A DNA stretch of 64,000 bases from Octopus vulgaris. Lineage: Eukaryota. The translations under genes were made by a program, and so were the position numbers. Below are positions 12,751-26,030 of this stretch, one piece after another. A model generated the notes under the pieces. The model saw only the letters and a program-made list of their open reading frames with translations, had not been told where the DNA came from and searched no databases. Every line of letters begins with the position of its first letter. Within the stretch, counting starts at the first letter, position 1. Location of the stretch: positions 112,344,001 to 112,408,000 of the forward strand of contig OX597817.1 in assembly GCA_951406725.2 (NCBI GenBank), read 5' to 3'.

Positions 12751-14652
12751 TATATATATATGTTTGTGTGTATGCATATGAATGTTTTGGTGTATATGTG
12801 TGTTTATGTATGCTATTCTAATGAGTGACAGTAGTGGTAGGTAAAATTTGAACAGACATTACCTAAGAAACATTCGCTTCAGTTGACATTGATTACTTTA
12901 AATCATATATATTAATATATATTACATTGTATTATTGAGTTTTGACTGATGTTTGCACTGCATGAACTTGCATGTAAGAATGTCTTGTTATCTTGCATGA
13001 AATTGTGCATGTACCGTAAACAGCAACACGCTAAGTTTAACTAGACTTCATCATAAAAGAGAAATGAATTGATTTAAACATGTCTTTGCAGATGTTCTGT
13101 TTATCTATTTTTTATGCATACATATATGTATATACTAATGTGTGTGTGTGTGGGGGGGACTATGATTGTGGCTCTGTGTATATATGTGTATACTTACATG
13201 TCTATGCATGTCTGAATCTGTCAGTTTTGACTATATATACGTGTGTGTGTGTACATACTTCAGGTTAAACTTCCGCCTTGTTTTATATATTTTTACAGCT
13301 TTATTATTGGCTTCTAATTGTAATTATTTCCATGTATGTATGTATGTATGTGCATTTATGTATGTATGTATGTGTGTAGTGTATGTATGTATGTGCGTGT
13401 ATGAGTGCATGTGTGTGTATGTGTGTATGTATGTATGTCATTGTTCAGTTTTATTTCAAGATTTCTTGCCAATAGAGAAAGAGCCAGTTTCTAAACTAGA
13501 CCCATGGCTCATACAATGGAATTTCAACAACATCAACAAGGTATTTTTGTATGTATGTATATATGTGCAGACATGTATGTTTCATTTTAAGTATGTATTC
13601 TCATGCATATAGTTGCGTTCTAGACATGCTCATATATACTTAAATGATAAAGTTCTGGAAAGTTTTACAGATTTTTACAGTTCCAGTGATGGCTTAGATC
13701 TGTAGTCTTCAAATCAGCTTTCTCCTTTCAGGTTTTGAAAAGCCTAATTTATCAAGATTGGCATTTAGGCAGTGTATTACATATCCTAGTACCCCAATAA
13801 TGTATGTATGTATGTATGTATGTATGTATGTATGTATGTATGTATGTATGTATGTATGTATGTATGTATGCATGCATGCATGCATGAATGTATGTATGTA
13901 TGTATGTATGTATGTATGTATGTATGTATGTATGTATGTATGCATGCATGCATGCATGTATGTATGTATGTATGTATGTATGTATGTATGTATGTATGTA
14001 TGTATGTATGTATGTATGTATGTATGTATGCATGTATGTATGTATGTATGTTTCTTTATTTGTTGGTTTCTTTGTCACTGTATATGTATTTATGTGTATC
14101 AGTATGCATAAACATGAATACACTCACATAATTCACATTTATTTCTCTGCTTATTGAAATGCATTGTTTTCTTATATTATCTGAGACCACTCAGATGGTT
14201 CTGGATTTAGTCCCTCTGCATGGCACCTAGGGCAAGTGTCTTTTATTATAGCCTCAGGCCGACTAAAGTCTTGTGAGTGGATTTGGCAGATGGAAACTGA
14301 AAGAAGCCCATCGTATATATATATATATTCTGGCACTCCATTGGTTATGACTATGAGGTTTCTAGTTGATCTGATCAATGGAATAGCTTGCTCATGAAAT
14401 TAATGTGCAAGTGGTGATGACACTCCAGTGACACACGTATCCTTAAAGTAGTTCTCAGGGAGATTCAGTGTGATACAGAGTGTGACAATGCTGGCCCTTT
14501 GAAATACAGGTACTATTCATTTCTGCCAGCTGAGTGAACTGGAGCAATGTGAAATAAAGTGTCTTGCTCAAAGACAGAAGATGTTGCTGTCCATCTGTCT
14601 TTGTATTGTCTATCTGTCCAGATATTTTATTGTCTTCTGTTGCATTCTTGTT

Positions 14653-14696
<44 letters not shown>

Positions 14697-17600
14697 GTAT
14701 TTATTTATATGTGTGTGTCTGTGTTTGCCCTCCACCATCGCTTGACAACCGATGTTGGTGTGTTTACATCCCTAGTAACTTAGTAGTTCGGCAAAAGAGA
14801 CAAATAGAACAAGTACTATGCTTACAAAGAATATGTCATGGGGATTGGTTTCTTCAACTAAAACCCTTTAAAGTGGGCAACAGTCAAATAACTGAAACAA
14901 GTAAAAGAATAAAAGAATAAAAGAATACCAGTTTGCAACTTACAGATTATGTTGAAACTTAAACGCCAGTACTGATATGAGTATTGGTGATTATGATTAT
15001 TAACAAGGATGTCTGTGTTGCTCAGTCTTCAACAAGGTCAAGTATCATCAAGGATGTGGCAAAGAGTGACCAATCCTCTCTCAAATCACACTTTATATAT
15101 GATAGTATAAGCCAAAATAATCAATGTTCAAAAATACAGGATTGTTGCAATTAGAATGCATTTGATCATAGTTCTGTTAAATCAGGGTTGATCCAAGATA
15201 GTATTGTTTAAAAGCAATAGCACTAACATCATAGTCTTCTCTGCATAGATGCATGAATATATACATACACAAATATACAGATTTATGCTTACGTATGTAT
15301 GTACATATTTACATGGCCTCAAATCTGTATTGATATCATAGGAGTTCTAGATTGTGACACTGAAGCAACATCCATTGTAGAGAAAAAAATTAACACCTAT
15401 CTTGCTTAGCAAGCATAAAAATAGCAATAACAATAGGATAGCTAATGAACTCAAGAAGAGACATGCAAAATGGTGCAAATTTCTCTACTAGAAGTAATGG
15501 TGTTAGAAAAGGCATCCAGCTGTAAAAATCCTGCCAAAACAGTCGCAGAAGTCTGGTGCAGTCTTCAGCCTGGCCGGTTCTTGTGGTACTGCCCCACCCA
15601 TGGAACAAAGACGTTAAATGATGATGATGATGATGAGAATGATAATGATTACGAATGCAACAAAACCAAAGAAATAGACTGGTTTACTAAGAAGGTTGTC
15701 CATGGATCTTCAAAAAGAGAAACTCATACTATAGAGAGAATAAACTATACTAAAAATCTGGTATGGAGCACTGATAAATTTTTTACATCACTTTTTTATG
15801 AATATTTCCATGCAATCCACAAACAAGAAATACCTGATTATCTACTTTATGAAGACTGACAACTGTTGTAGGCTATGCAAAACCATGCTGAAGATATTAA
15901 CTACATTGTTGCCAGCTGTGAAGAAATGTCATCTAGATACTACAGGTAAGATATGATGTGTTAAGCCAGAACAATCTAGAATAGATTGTGAAGGAAAGAA
16001 AATAACCAATAAAAGTGAATATACTGAAACCTGTAGACCCAGAAAAAAAAAGTAAAATTAAAACAATGCGCCAAAAGTTATTTATTTTTCTAGTGAGCAC
16101 CTTCATCCAGCTGGTGTAGATTCTTTAAATGCTAGAAAAGCAGTTGCAGAAATAAAGCATGAAATGGTGGAAGACATAGCAGCAACTTCGCATAGCATAA
16201 TAGCGGCTAAGTTTATGCAGCTAACAGAAAATACTTGCTCACAACTTCCTCGATTGCCTGTTCTTTCAAGGACTATTCAAAGGTGCTGACAAAAAAATTA
16301 TGGATTTCCTGCTAATCCAGGGGCTAGAACTGGTTTTGAAACACCTGAAGAATATTGTAAACTTGATAATGGCGAACAGTTTGTGAAATATGATTCGGGT
16401 ATCGTGGATCAACAGTGCATACAAATATTTGCATCAGAAAGTGCTCTTCAGGATATAGCATCATATTGTCATTGGGCATGTGACAGAACATTCAAAATTG
16501 GGTCAGAACAGTGGTTTCAACATTTTAGCATTCATGTACAAGTAAAAAGTAGCAGTTTTCCATGGGTTTTTCCATTACTGCCAAATTAAACAAAGAAGAC
16601 ATACAAATTATTTTTCAAGTAATTGAAAATTATGCAACCTAATGCATATCTGCTTGATCTCACAGCAGATTTCGAAGTTGCAGTTCACAAGGCAATGAAT
16701 TCATCATTCCCTAATTCATCTATCGTGGCATGTTTGTTTCATTTCAGCCAATCAATATTTTGAAAAATTACAGATTTAGGCCTCAAAGAAAAAATGCAAT
16801 AAAGACTCTGAATTCTGTCTTAAAATTCGATGTTTTTTAGCATTAGTCTTCCTACCCATTGAAAATGTTGAAGCGGCCCATGAAGAATTAAAAGGTGATG
16901 AAAAAATACCTGTTCAATTCATCGCTTACTTCTACTTGACTAACATAGGCATTGTGAGAGCACGTGGTGCTAGATGAAGGAGAGAACCAACTACATTCCT
17001 GATAGCTGTATGGAATGTTAATCAGCGTATTCTTCAAGATCTTTCCAGAACAAATAATGCTGCTGAGGGGTTTCATTCTTCGATAAAGCATTCAGTAGGT
17101 GGAGCACATTTGAATATTTGGAATTTAATCAAAACTCTGAAGGAAGAGGAAAGATTTGTTCAAGGTAAAGTGACTCAAATTCTTTGAGGAGATCCATCAA
17201 ATTCATGTTCACAATATCGAAGAATAACTGAACGCCTCAAAAAATTGGTCACTGAATATGGATCAACAAGAAAAATTGATTTTTTGAAGAGTGTGGCATA
17301 TAATTACATTAGTTTTAAGTGATCATAGTTAATCATTAGTTATCTTATTACTTTTTTAAAATGACTTTTTTTAAAACATTTTTCACAGTGTGAAAGTATA
17401 TTTGCCACTTAAATGTGGCTAACCACTAAGGGTGGATGCTTCTGTAGCTTGTAGCCCCAGGAGAACATCTTCTCCATCTGGCTATTGATACACTTTCTGT
17501 GCCCTATCAGTATTTGCAAAGGGAAGTAATCCTTGCCATCGTCGACCTGAGATTCATTATTTTTCATAGTATTTTACTTGAATCCTATCAATAAAATTCT

Positions 17601-17768
17601 CAATGATTATTTGATTTTGATGTTCACCTTGTTTTCTAAAGAGTTTATTTAAAATTGGACAAGAAGTCATTGGACAAAAAAAGATCATCAAACAAAAAGA
17701 CGTCAAACCAAATGACGTAGACAAAGTGACGTTGGACAAAGTGACATTGGATGAAAAGTCAGGTCATG

Positions 17769-17803
<35 letters not shown>

Positions 17804-19708
17804 TGTATGTATGTATGTATGTATGTATGTATGTATCTATGTATACATATGTGTGTGTGTGTGTGTGAGTTTGTTTGTTCCCCTATACTATTGCTTAACA
17901 ACTGGCATTGGTTTGTTTATTTAACATTCCTATAACTTAGTGGTTTGGCAAAAGAGACCAATAGAATAAATATCACTCTTAAGAAATAAGTACAGGGATT
18001 GATGTGTTTGGCTAAATCATTCAAGGTGGTGTCCCAGCATGGCCGCAGTCTAATGAGTGTAACAAATAAAAGATAAAAATAATCATTAGGGCTTCAGCAT
18101 TTGCACTAATCCATTTAGCTAAAAATATAGGAGAACATGGATTCTTGGAGAAAAGACATAGCTCTATGATCCATATACTACAGATGACACTGCTATCTGG
18201 AACAATAAAAATCTGTGAGACATTCCTGAAATTTAAAGGCTGAATGTTTCCACACAGGATGACTAACAGAACAAGTTGCCTTTGTTTACATCCTTTTCAG
18301 CGAATTGGTATCCAGTCCAAATAAACTTCAAAATTCCAATCAGGAAAACAGCAAATACACATATACATACAGGGTGTTTGGGTTAAAGAAAACACCATAT
18401 CCCATCCAAAAATAAAGGTATTTTTAAAAAGCAAAGAGCATCAACTAAATAATGGCTGGAAGATAACAGTTTATTTGAAGTAACTATCCTCAGCTTCCAC
18501 CATGGCCTCAAGATGGCTCTAAAACCTGGCACATGCATTCCTCACTGTGTCCTTGGGAAGATCTTCAAACACTTCCTTGATCTTGGTCACTAGCTCAGCC
18601 ATAGTGTTGCAGGCAGAGTGGTTGGTTTCTTTCTCAACCATGCTCCACATATTGTAATCCATAGAATTCCAATCATAGGAATTAGGAGACCAGAAACTAA
18701 ATCTGATGAAGTCATAGAAGTTCTTTGACTACTGTTGACTCTTTCAAGAGGCATGGTAAGGAACTGAACCCTGCTGTAACACATATGGTCTTCCTGCAGC
18801 AATTCTCTTCAGCCAGGATTTCACCAATCTCCAGCAGTTACTGTAAATCCGCATTTTTCCCCCAAAATTTAATGGTCAAAATCCCTAGTGCATACTATAT
18901 ACGAAGTTAAAAAGGAAAATTATTTTCTAAGCAATGTCCGAGTCTCTATTTGCTGTCTGGCTAAGTTTATTCAGACGCATTTTGTGATATCGGGTGCGAA
19001 AATACCTTAGGCTATGAAGTCATAAAAGAATCATCCATAACTTGCAGTAAGCAACATTTATTAAGCATTATTACTGTTATTATTGTTATTTCTTTATTTT
19101 CTGCAAACAAAATGCACAAAAAAGCTACATGTTTGCATTATGTTATATATACAATAATAATAAAGGACATTATTGTATACATTTTTACAAACCAACGACG
19201 TTATATAGACCTCCTTGACTCAAGTAAGAGAAGGGGTGCATATTATACACAAGGTTTAGGTTTTTCAGAGGTACAGCCCCCTAAAAATCCCCTGCATATT
19301 ATACTCAAGGGCGGACTATATGCGAGGATTTACGTTATACATAGTCATCTGAATTGAGCCTAAGACCCTGTTCAAAGATGAGGAGTGGCATGATGTCACC
19401 CTCTCTTGAGACCATAACAGTTTGAGGGAATTTGGTTTTTATGATATCCATGTAACATCTTACAGCCTTTACAATCTTCACAGAGCATTCAACAGCAATC
19501 ATGATGTCGGTGTTTTGTTACATGATGCAAATAATCATGATACAGGTTGCTCTTTTCCAACATTTAAATGATTTCCAGTCATACAGGTCAGCTAACGTTT
19601 TCTCAACTACAACTTTAATCATTATGCTCTCCAACATATCAAGTTTTTCTTAAAAAAGAAAGAGACATAATAAATCGTCAAATTTAGCCTGAACACCTTG
19701 TATATACA

Positions 19709-19742
<34 letters not shown>

Positions 19743-20159
19743 CATACATACATACATACATACATACATACATGCATACATACATGTACACATGCATGTT
19801 TAAGATTCATTCAGTCTATTTATTTCACTTAGACAGCGTCAAATTTAGCCTGAACACCCTGTATATACAGCATCAAATTTAGCCTGAACACCCTGTATAT
19901 ACATACATACATACATACATACATACATACATACATACATACATACATACATACATACATACATACATACATGCATACATACATGTACGCATGCATGTTT
20001 AAGATTCATTCAGTCTATTTATTTCACTTAGACAGCAATCATAGCATTAACTGATTTCTAGTTAGTTAATTGAGTGTTCTGGTTGTATCTATATAGGAAC
20101 CTCTTACAATTAGCAAAAGCAAACTGCATGTTACCAAGCTATACATACTTGTGGATACA

Positions 20160-20194
<35 letters not shown>

Positions 20195-22608
20195 ATTAAC
20201 ATAAATATTTATTCATTTATACACATATGGATATAATGACACATATTTTTTATACTATTAAATAACCATTAATGTGTGCATGCCTGCTGGTATGAAGATT
20301 GATATACATGCATATATGTTCATGTAAAACTAAAGTGTATGTTTTTCATGAATGCAATGTATTGTTATAGTTTTCTGAAACTATTTCACAACTTCTATAG
20401 AAACATATGCCAACAACAGTGAAAGAGCATCAACAGGATATGGCCGAGATTATGACCATAGAGTTCCAGTGGAAACACCAGTGGTAAGTTCATCAGAAAA
20501 TAATTAAATATGTGTTTGTACTAGTTTTTATGATCATGATAAAACATGGTAATTTCAAAACATGTGATTGCCCTAACAATTGCAGCTATCACAAGGAAGA
20601 TATATTCATTTCTTCATAATATCAAAACAGGATTAGAAATTTGAAACTAGAATCAAGAAATTAAAAGGAAAATGATGCATGGAATTTACCTTTTTTTAAC
20701 TAATGCAAAATCAAAAATTTTTCTAGTCATTGGTAATCATGTATAATGCTATTTCATTCTTTTTGAAAATCATCAGCATGATATAACCAGTGACCTTTTA
20801 ATTCCACATTTTGTGAAGTGTGTAATCTTATTAAAGATGGAAATAATTACAGTCTGGAGAAAATTCACGGAGTTTTTTTATTATTTTCCTTTTTTTTGTG
20901 TCTTTTCTTCCTTGAATATTAGTAGCTTAGGAATCAAGATGAAAGAGGGAAAGTTTTTAGTGTTTACATTTAGAATAATATGAGGTGATATCAAAAGGTT
21001 CCAGATTAGTTATGTTTAATAAAAAAATTATTTCTTTACCTATGTTTTAACATCATTTCCTCCGAAACAGTCATCTTGCACAGTAATACACCAATCCCAG
21101 CATTTCTGCCACTTTTGAAATGTCATTTTCCGTAAGCAGATCAAGGACATTCTACGATTCACTATGGATCTTGACAACGGTGTTGAAATGGTGACCTTCG
21201 AGCTGCCTTTTCTTCTTAAGGAAGAGATGGAAGTCCACAGCATCTAAATCTGGTGAATAGGGTGGGTGCAGAAGTAATACCATATTGTATTTGGTGAGAA
21301 ACTCTTGAGTGAGGAGAGCTTGATGACAGGCTGCATTGTTGTCATGAAGAATCCAATTCTTTGCTCTTGCAAGATCCAATTGCTTTATATCAAATGTCCT
21401 TCCTCAAACACTCCAAAATGTTGCAGTAGAATAGTCCACTGATTGTCTGGCCCTAGGAGATGAATTCTCAGTGCACAATACTACATTTTTGGGGTGATGC
21501 CAATAGCAGGTCTTCCAGATCATTCACCATCTTCCAGGGGCGTCCTTCTTCTTTTGAAGCACCTGTACCACTCAAAACATTGATTATGACCAATTGCCTT
21601 GTCTCTGTAAGCTTGCCGAAGCATGATCAATATCTCTGTAGCAGACTTCCCAAGTTTAACACAAAATTTCACATTGGTTCTTTTTTCCTGATATGACAAA
21701 ATCACAGACTACAGCATACACATGATCACAAAAACACAAATTTCACAACTTGCAATGTGAACAGAGCAATGTCACTTGGCACACTGCCTCATGAAGGTCA
21801 CTGCTAGTTCTCACTGTGTGTTATTATCTGTTGGCATGCTACAGAACTAGTCCAGGAAGTCTTTTGATACTACCTCATAACTGTTTTCAGGGCATTCTAC
21901 CTAATGAAAATGTTTTATAGTAGGCAATAATTATAGTTTTAGCTACATTTGTTTCAAGCTGTTATTTCTAAGTCATAATCCTTCAGATGTGTAATGTGGA
22001 AAAGACATCTTTTTATAAATATATGCCTTTACCATCATCAACAGTTTAAAATGGATTTTCCTGAATTCATTGCTGATTACAGCTGTTACAAGAGAGATAA
22101 CCATTTTGTCATAATTAAGAAGCAGGATTAGAAATTTAAAATCGAAATTAAGGAATTGTAAGGAAAGAGACTTGTAAAATTTAATTTTTTTTTCTCATTT
22201 AACACAAAGTTTTTAAAATTTCATACGAGTAATCATAAACAATAAATTAAATACAAGACTGAAATAAGAATTAGGATCAATATAATGAACTTAAAATGGA
22301 AAAAAATATCTAGAGATAGTGCCATGGTATGGCTGTTGTCCAGTGATTGAAACTAATAAAAGAGTAAAAATAATGAAGGTAAAAGAGAGAGTTTAGTAGG
22401 TAACGGCTTTGGAAGCTATGCAAATCCTTTCAACAGCAGGCATGTCTGTGTGGTAAGAAGTTTGCTTCCCATCCACATGCTTTCTGGTTCAGTCCTACTG
22501 TGGGCACTTTGGGTAAGTGTTTTCCACTATAGTCATGGACGGACCAAAGCCTTGTGAGTGGATTTGGTAGATGGAAACTGGAAGAAGCTTGTCATATATA
22601 TGTATGTG

Positions 22609-22658
<50 letters not shown>

Positions 22659-24569
22659 TGCCCCTAACTCCTTGACAACGGGTGTTGGTGTAATTACATC
22701 CTTATAACTTAGCAGTTTGGAAAAAGAGATCAATAGAATAAATACCAGTACTTTGAAAAAATATATACTGGGATTGATTCATTTGACAAAATTTTTTCAA
22801 GGTGGTGCTCCAGTATGGTCGCAATCTAATGACTGGAACAAGTAAACAGTAAAAGATAAAAGAAACTTCAAAACCCAATAGTTCTCCATTTACATTGCTA
22901 GCATTCATTCCCTAAAATATTGGATATTTATGCATAGTTAAATAAAACTATTAATTTGATTCAGAAAGCTTACTTAGTACTGTAAAGAGTTTATAATGCT
23001 ATATAAACTTCCCAGATAATCAAATCTGCATACAATTTGTTTTACTGATAGTCAATTTCTGTAGGGTCCTTTTTATAATTTCTTGTGTAGTAATAGGTGT
23101 CCACAGAGGACAGTAATTGGATATCTTGATTCCAATGTAAGATATTTTAAACAAACTTTAGCTCTAGTTTCTGCTTGACTTTTACTCTTTTCTAATTTAC
23201 TTCTTCCCCATCAGAATATTCTTTCATTTACTTGAATCCTTCTTGAATGTTTGTCTTATACAGTATCTTTACTTTTGATTATAGTTATCTGGTGCTGAAG
23301 TGCAAGAACTACAAGCCAGCAAGTTTGACAGTAAAATAGAACAAGACCGATCCCTTCGAGCCAAAGTATGTCTACATCCTTATTCTGGAAAATTTTGTCT
23401 TATTGTCTTGGTTGTCTCCCATAATGAATGCTGTTGGTAAGCAGCCAAAGTGAAATTGGTCAATTCTTCCACAGTAATTGCTGCACTTCTTAGTTAATCT
23501 ACTGTTAATTTTCTTAACTTTCACAGCAAAGCTACCCTTGTTCTAAATAGGTATCATGGACAATACATCTTTCTTGTTTTAGTTACACATCATCATCACC
23601 ATCATCATTCTTATCATCATCCTCATTATCATCATTATCTTCATTTAATGCTTGTTTTCCATGCTGGCATGGATTGGATGGTTTGACTGAAAACTGGTAA
23701 GGTGGGGAGCTGCACCAGGTTCCAATCTAATGTGGCATGTTTTCTATGGTTGGATGCCTTTCCTAATGCCAACCACTCCAAGGGTGTAGTGGGTACTTTT
23801 TATGTACCACCATCATGGGTGCCAGTTATGCAACACTGGCATCAGCCATGACTATGAACTCACTTGGCTTGACATGTCTTCTCAAGCATGATATATCACC
23901 AAAGGTCTCAGTCACTTGTCACTGTCTATGTGAGGTCCAGCATTTGAACGGTGGTAGAGGTCTCATGGAAGCAGTTACAAGTGAGTAAGACCTTTGGCAA
24001 TAAATGCATTATATAATTGAGGTGCATTATATCTCCTTCCTGTGAGTTTTTTTCCAACCATTCAAAGAATGCTGCTTAAAAATTGTGTGGCCCCATCCAC
24101 CCTTCTGTCTTGCTATACAAAACACTATATAATTAATATGTCTCACTAACTTACTTCATTATTTGAAACCCTTCTATGAGCATTATTTTTGATGGAATAG
24201 GCTTTGATTCTGCTGTCTTGCACTTATGGCATATATGTTTAAGCGAGTCCATATGGATGCATAAAATGAGATGTTATGTTGTATAACTGATAAGGATTTT
24301 GTCAGATTTCATGGATAGAATTTGCTCTTTGAATAATTCAACAAGCTATACCACAATTCAACAACAAAATATATACTCATACTAATAGTTCATCAAATTA
24401 GCTACCAGCATAAGCACAAGAAAATTACGAATATTGGAACTTCCACTTTACAAATACTACCATATCTGGTGAGCTTATAAAGCTGCGTATTATTCATATT
24501 TAATTGTAGCTAGAGGAAGATGTACATAGACACTGTGGATATATATTTAACCACAGCAGTGGGTGAATG

Positions 24570-24620
<51 letters not shown>

Positions 24621-25895
24621 TAGATAGATAGATAGATAGATAGACAGAGATAACAGGATAATTTATTTCCTAAAGCAGAGATGTTGTTAGAACAGGAGAA
24701 ACACTGGATAAATTACCCTTACAAAGCGGAAAGATTTGTAAGAGTAATTTATCCAATGTTTCTGCTATTTTAAGGGTGTCTCTGCATTTGAAAATATATT
24801 GTCATCTTATTTGTATCTATATACATATTTCAGTGCTTATAAGAAAATAATTTAAGTTTGTTTATTATATATAAGGAACTGATCTTTTAATCTTTTACTC
24901 TTTTATGTATTACTAGTATATATTTGTGTAGCACACAGTCTTTGCATGTGTATGTATTCTTATGATACTCCTTTTTGTTTTGGAATAAATAGACATAACA
25001 GAATGTCTACTGGCTGTATCCTCTCCATTTTCTTTTTGCCATATATATATATATATTGAATGGATGTGTTATAAAATTATTCTGTACATACGATGACAGC
25101 CATACCAACAATCCAACAAACCTCCATCATCAGCTGCCCCATAGATATCCCTGTGGTTTCGACACCTGGGCAGTACCATTCAATCTGGCAATGTCAACAT
25201 CACTAAAATAAGTGTTGTTTGGGAACAAACATACTTTAGATATTCAATATTAATTCTAGGAAGGAACAAACACTAACATTACTAATTAAACTACAACAAA
25301 AAAACACATTTTCCCTGTGTATAAAAACAGTATCGGTAAATATATTCAACAAGTAAACCTATAACTAACTCCTAAATTATTTAACTATATAGCAGCCTAG
25401 CCTTTGAAATCCATGCAGATAATATTCTACTAGTCTTCCATATATATATATATATATATATATACATATGTTTAAATGAAGCTAGTGGTCTTTGTGTGTT
25501 TCTGAATGGCTAACACATGTCTTCCGCCCTACAATCGTTATATCATCATCATCATCATCATCGTTTAATGTCCATTCTCCATGTTGACATGGGTTGGACA
25601 GGTTGACAGGAGGTGACCAGCTAGGGAACTATCTACACTCCAATTGTCTGTTGCTGTATGGTTTCTACGGCTGGATGCCCTTCCTAATGCAGACTGTGCA
25701 CTTTACAGAGTGTGGTGGGTACTTTTTAAATGCCACTGTCACAAATGTGTTTACACAGCACCAGCATGAGTGCATTTTATGTGGTACCAGTACCTGTAAA
25801 GCACACACACACACACACACACTTATATGTGTGTGTATGTGTATATATATATATGCATATGTATATACATATGTATATGCATATATACATATGTG

Positions 25896-25938
<43 letters not shown>

Positions 25939-25997
25939 GATATATACACACATATATATACATATATATATGTATATATATATAATATATATATATA

Positions 25998-26030
<33 letters not shown>

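Noticed and set aside
13709-14157. MYVC/HTYI repeat ORFs (similar at 12.5-12.8, 25.6-26.5, 43.0, 47.6-48.1 and 61.4 kb)
   Set aside because: They are di- and tetranucleotide microsatellites with no coding signal.
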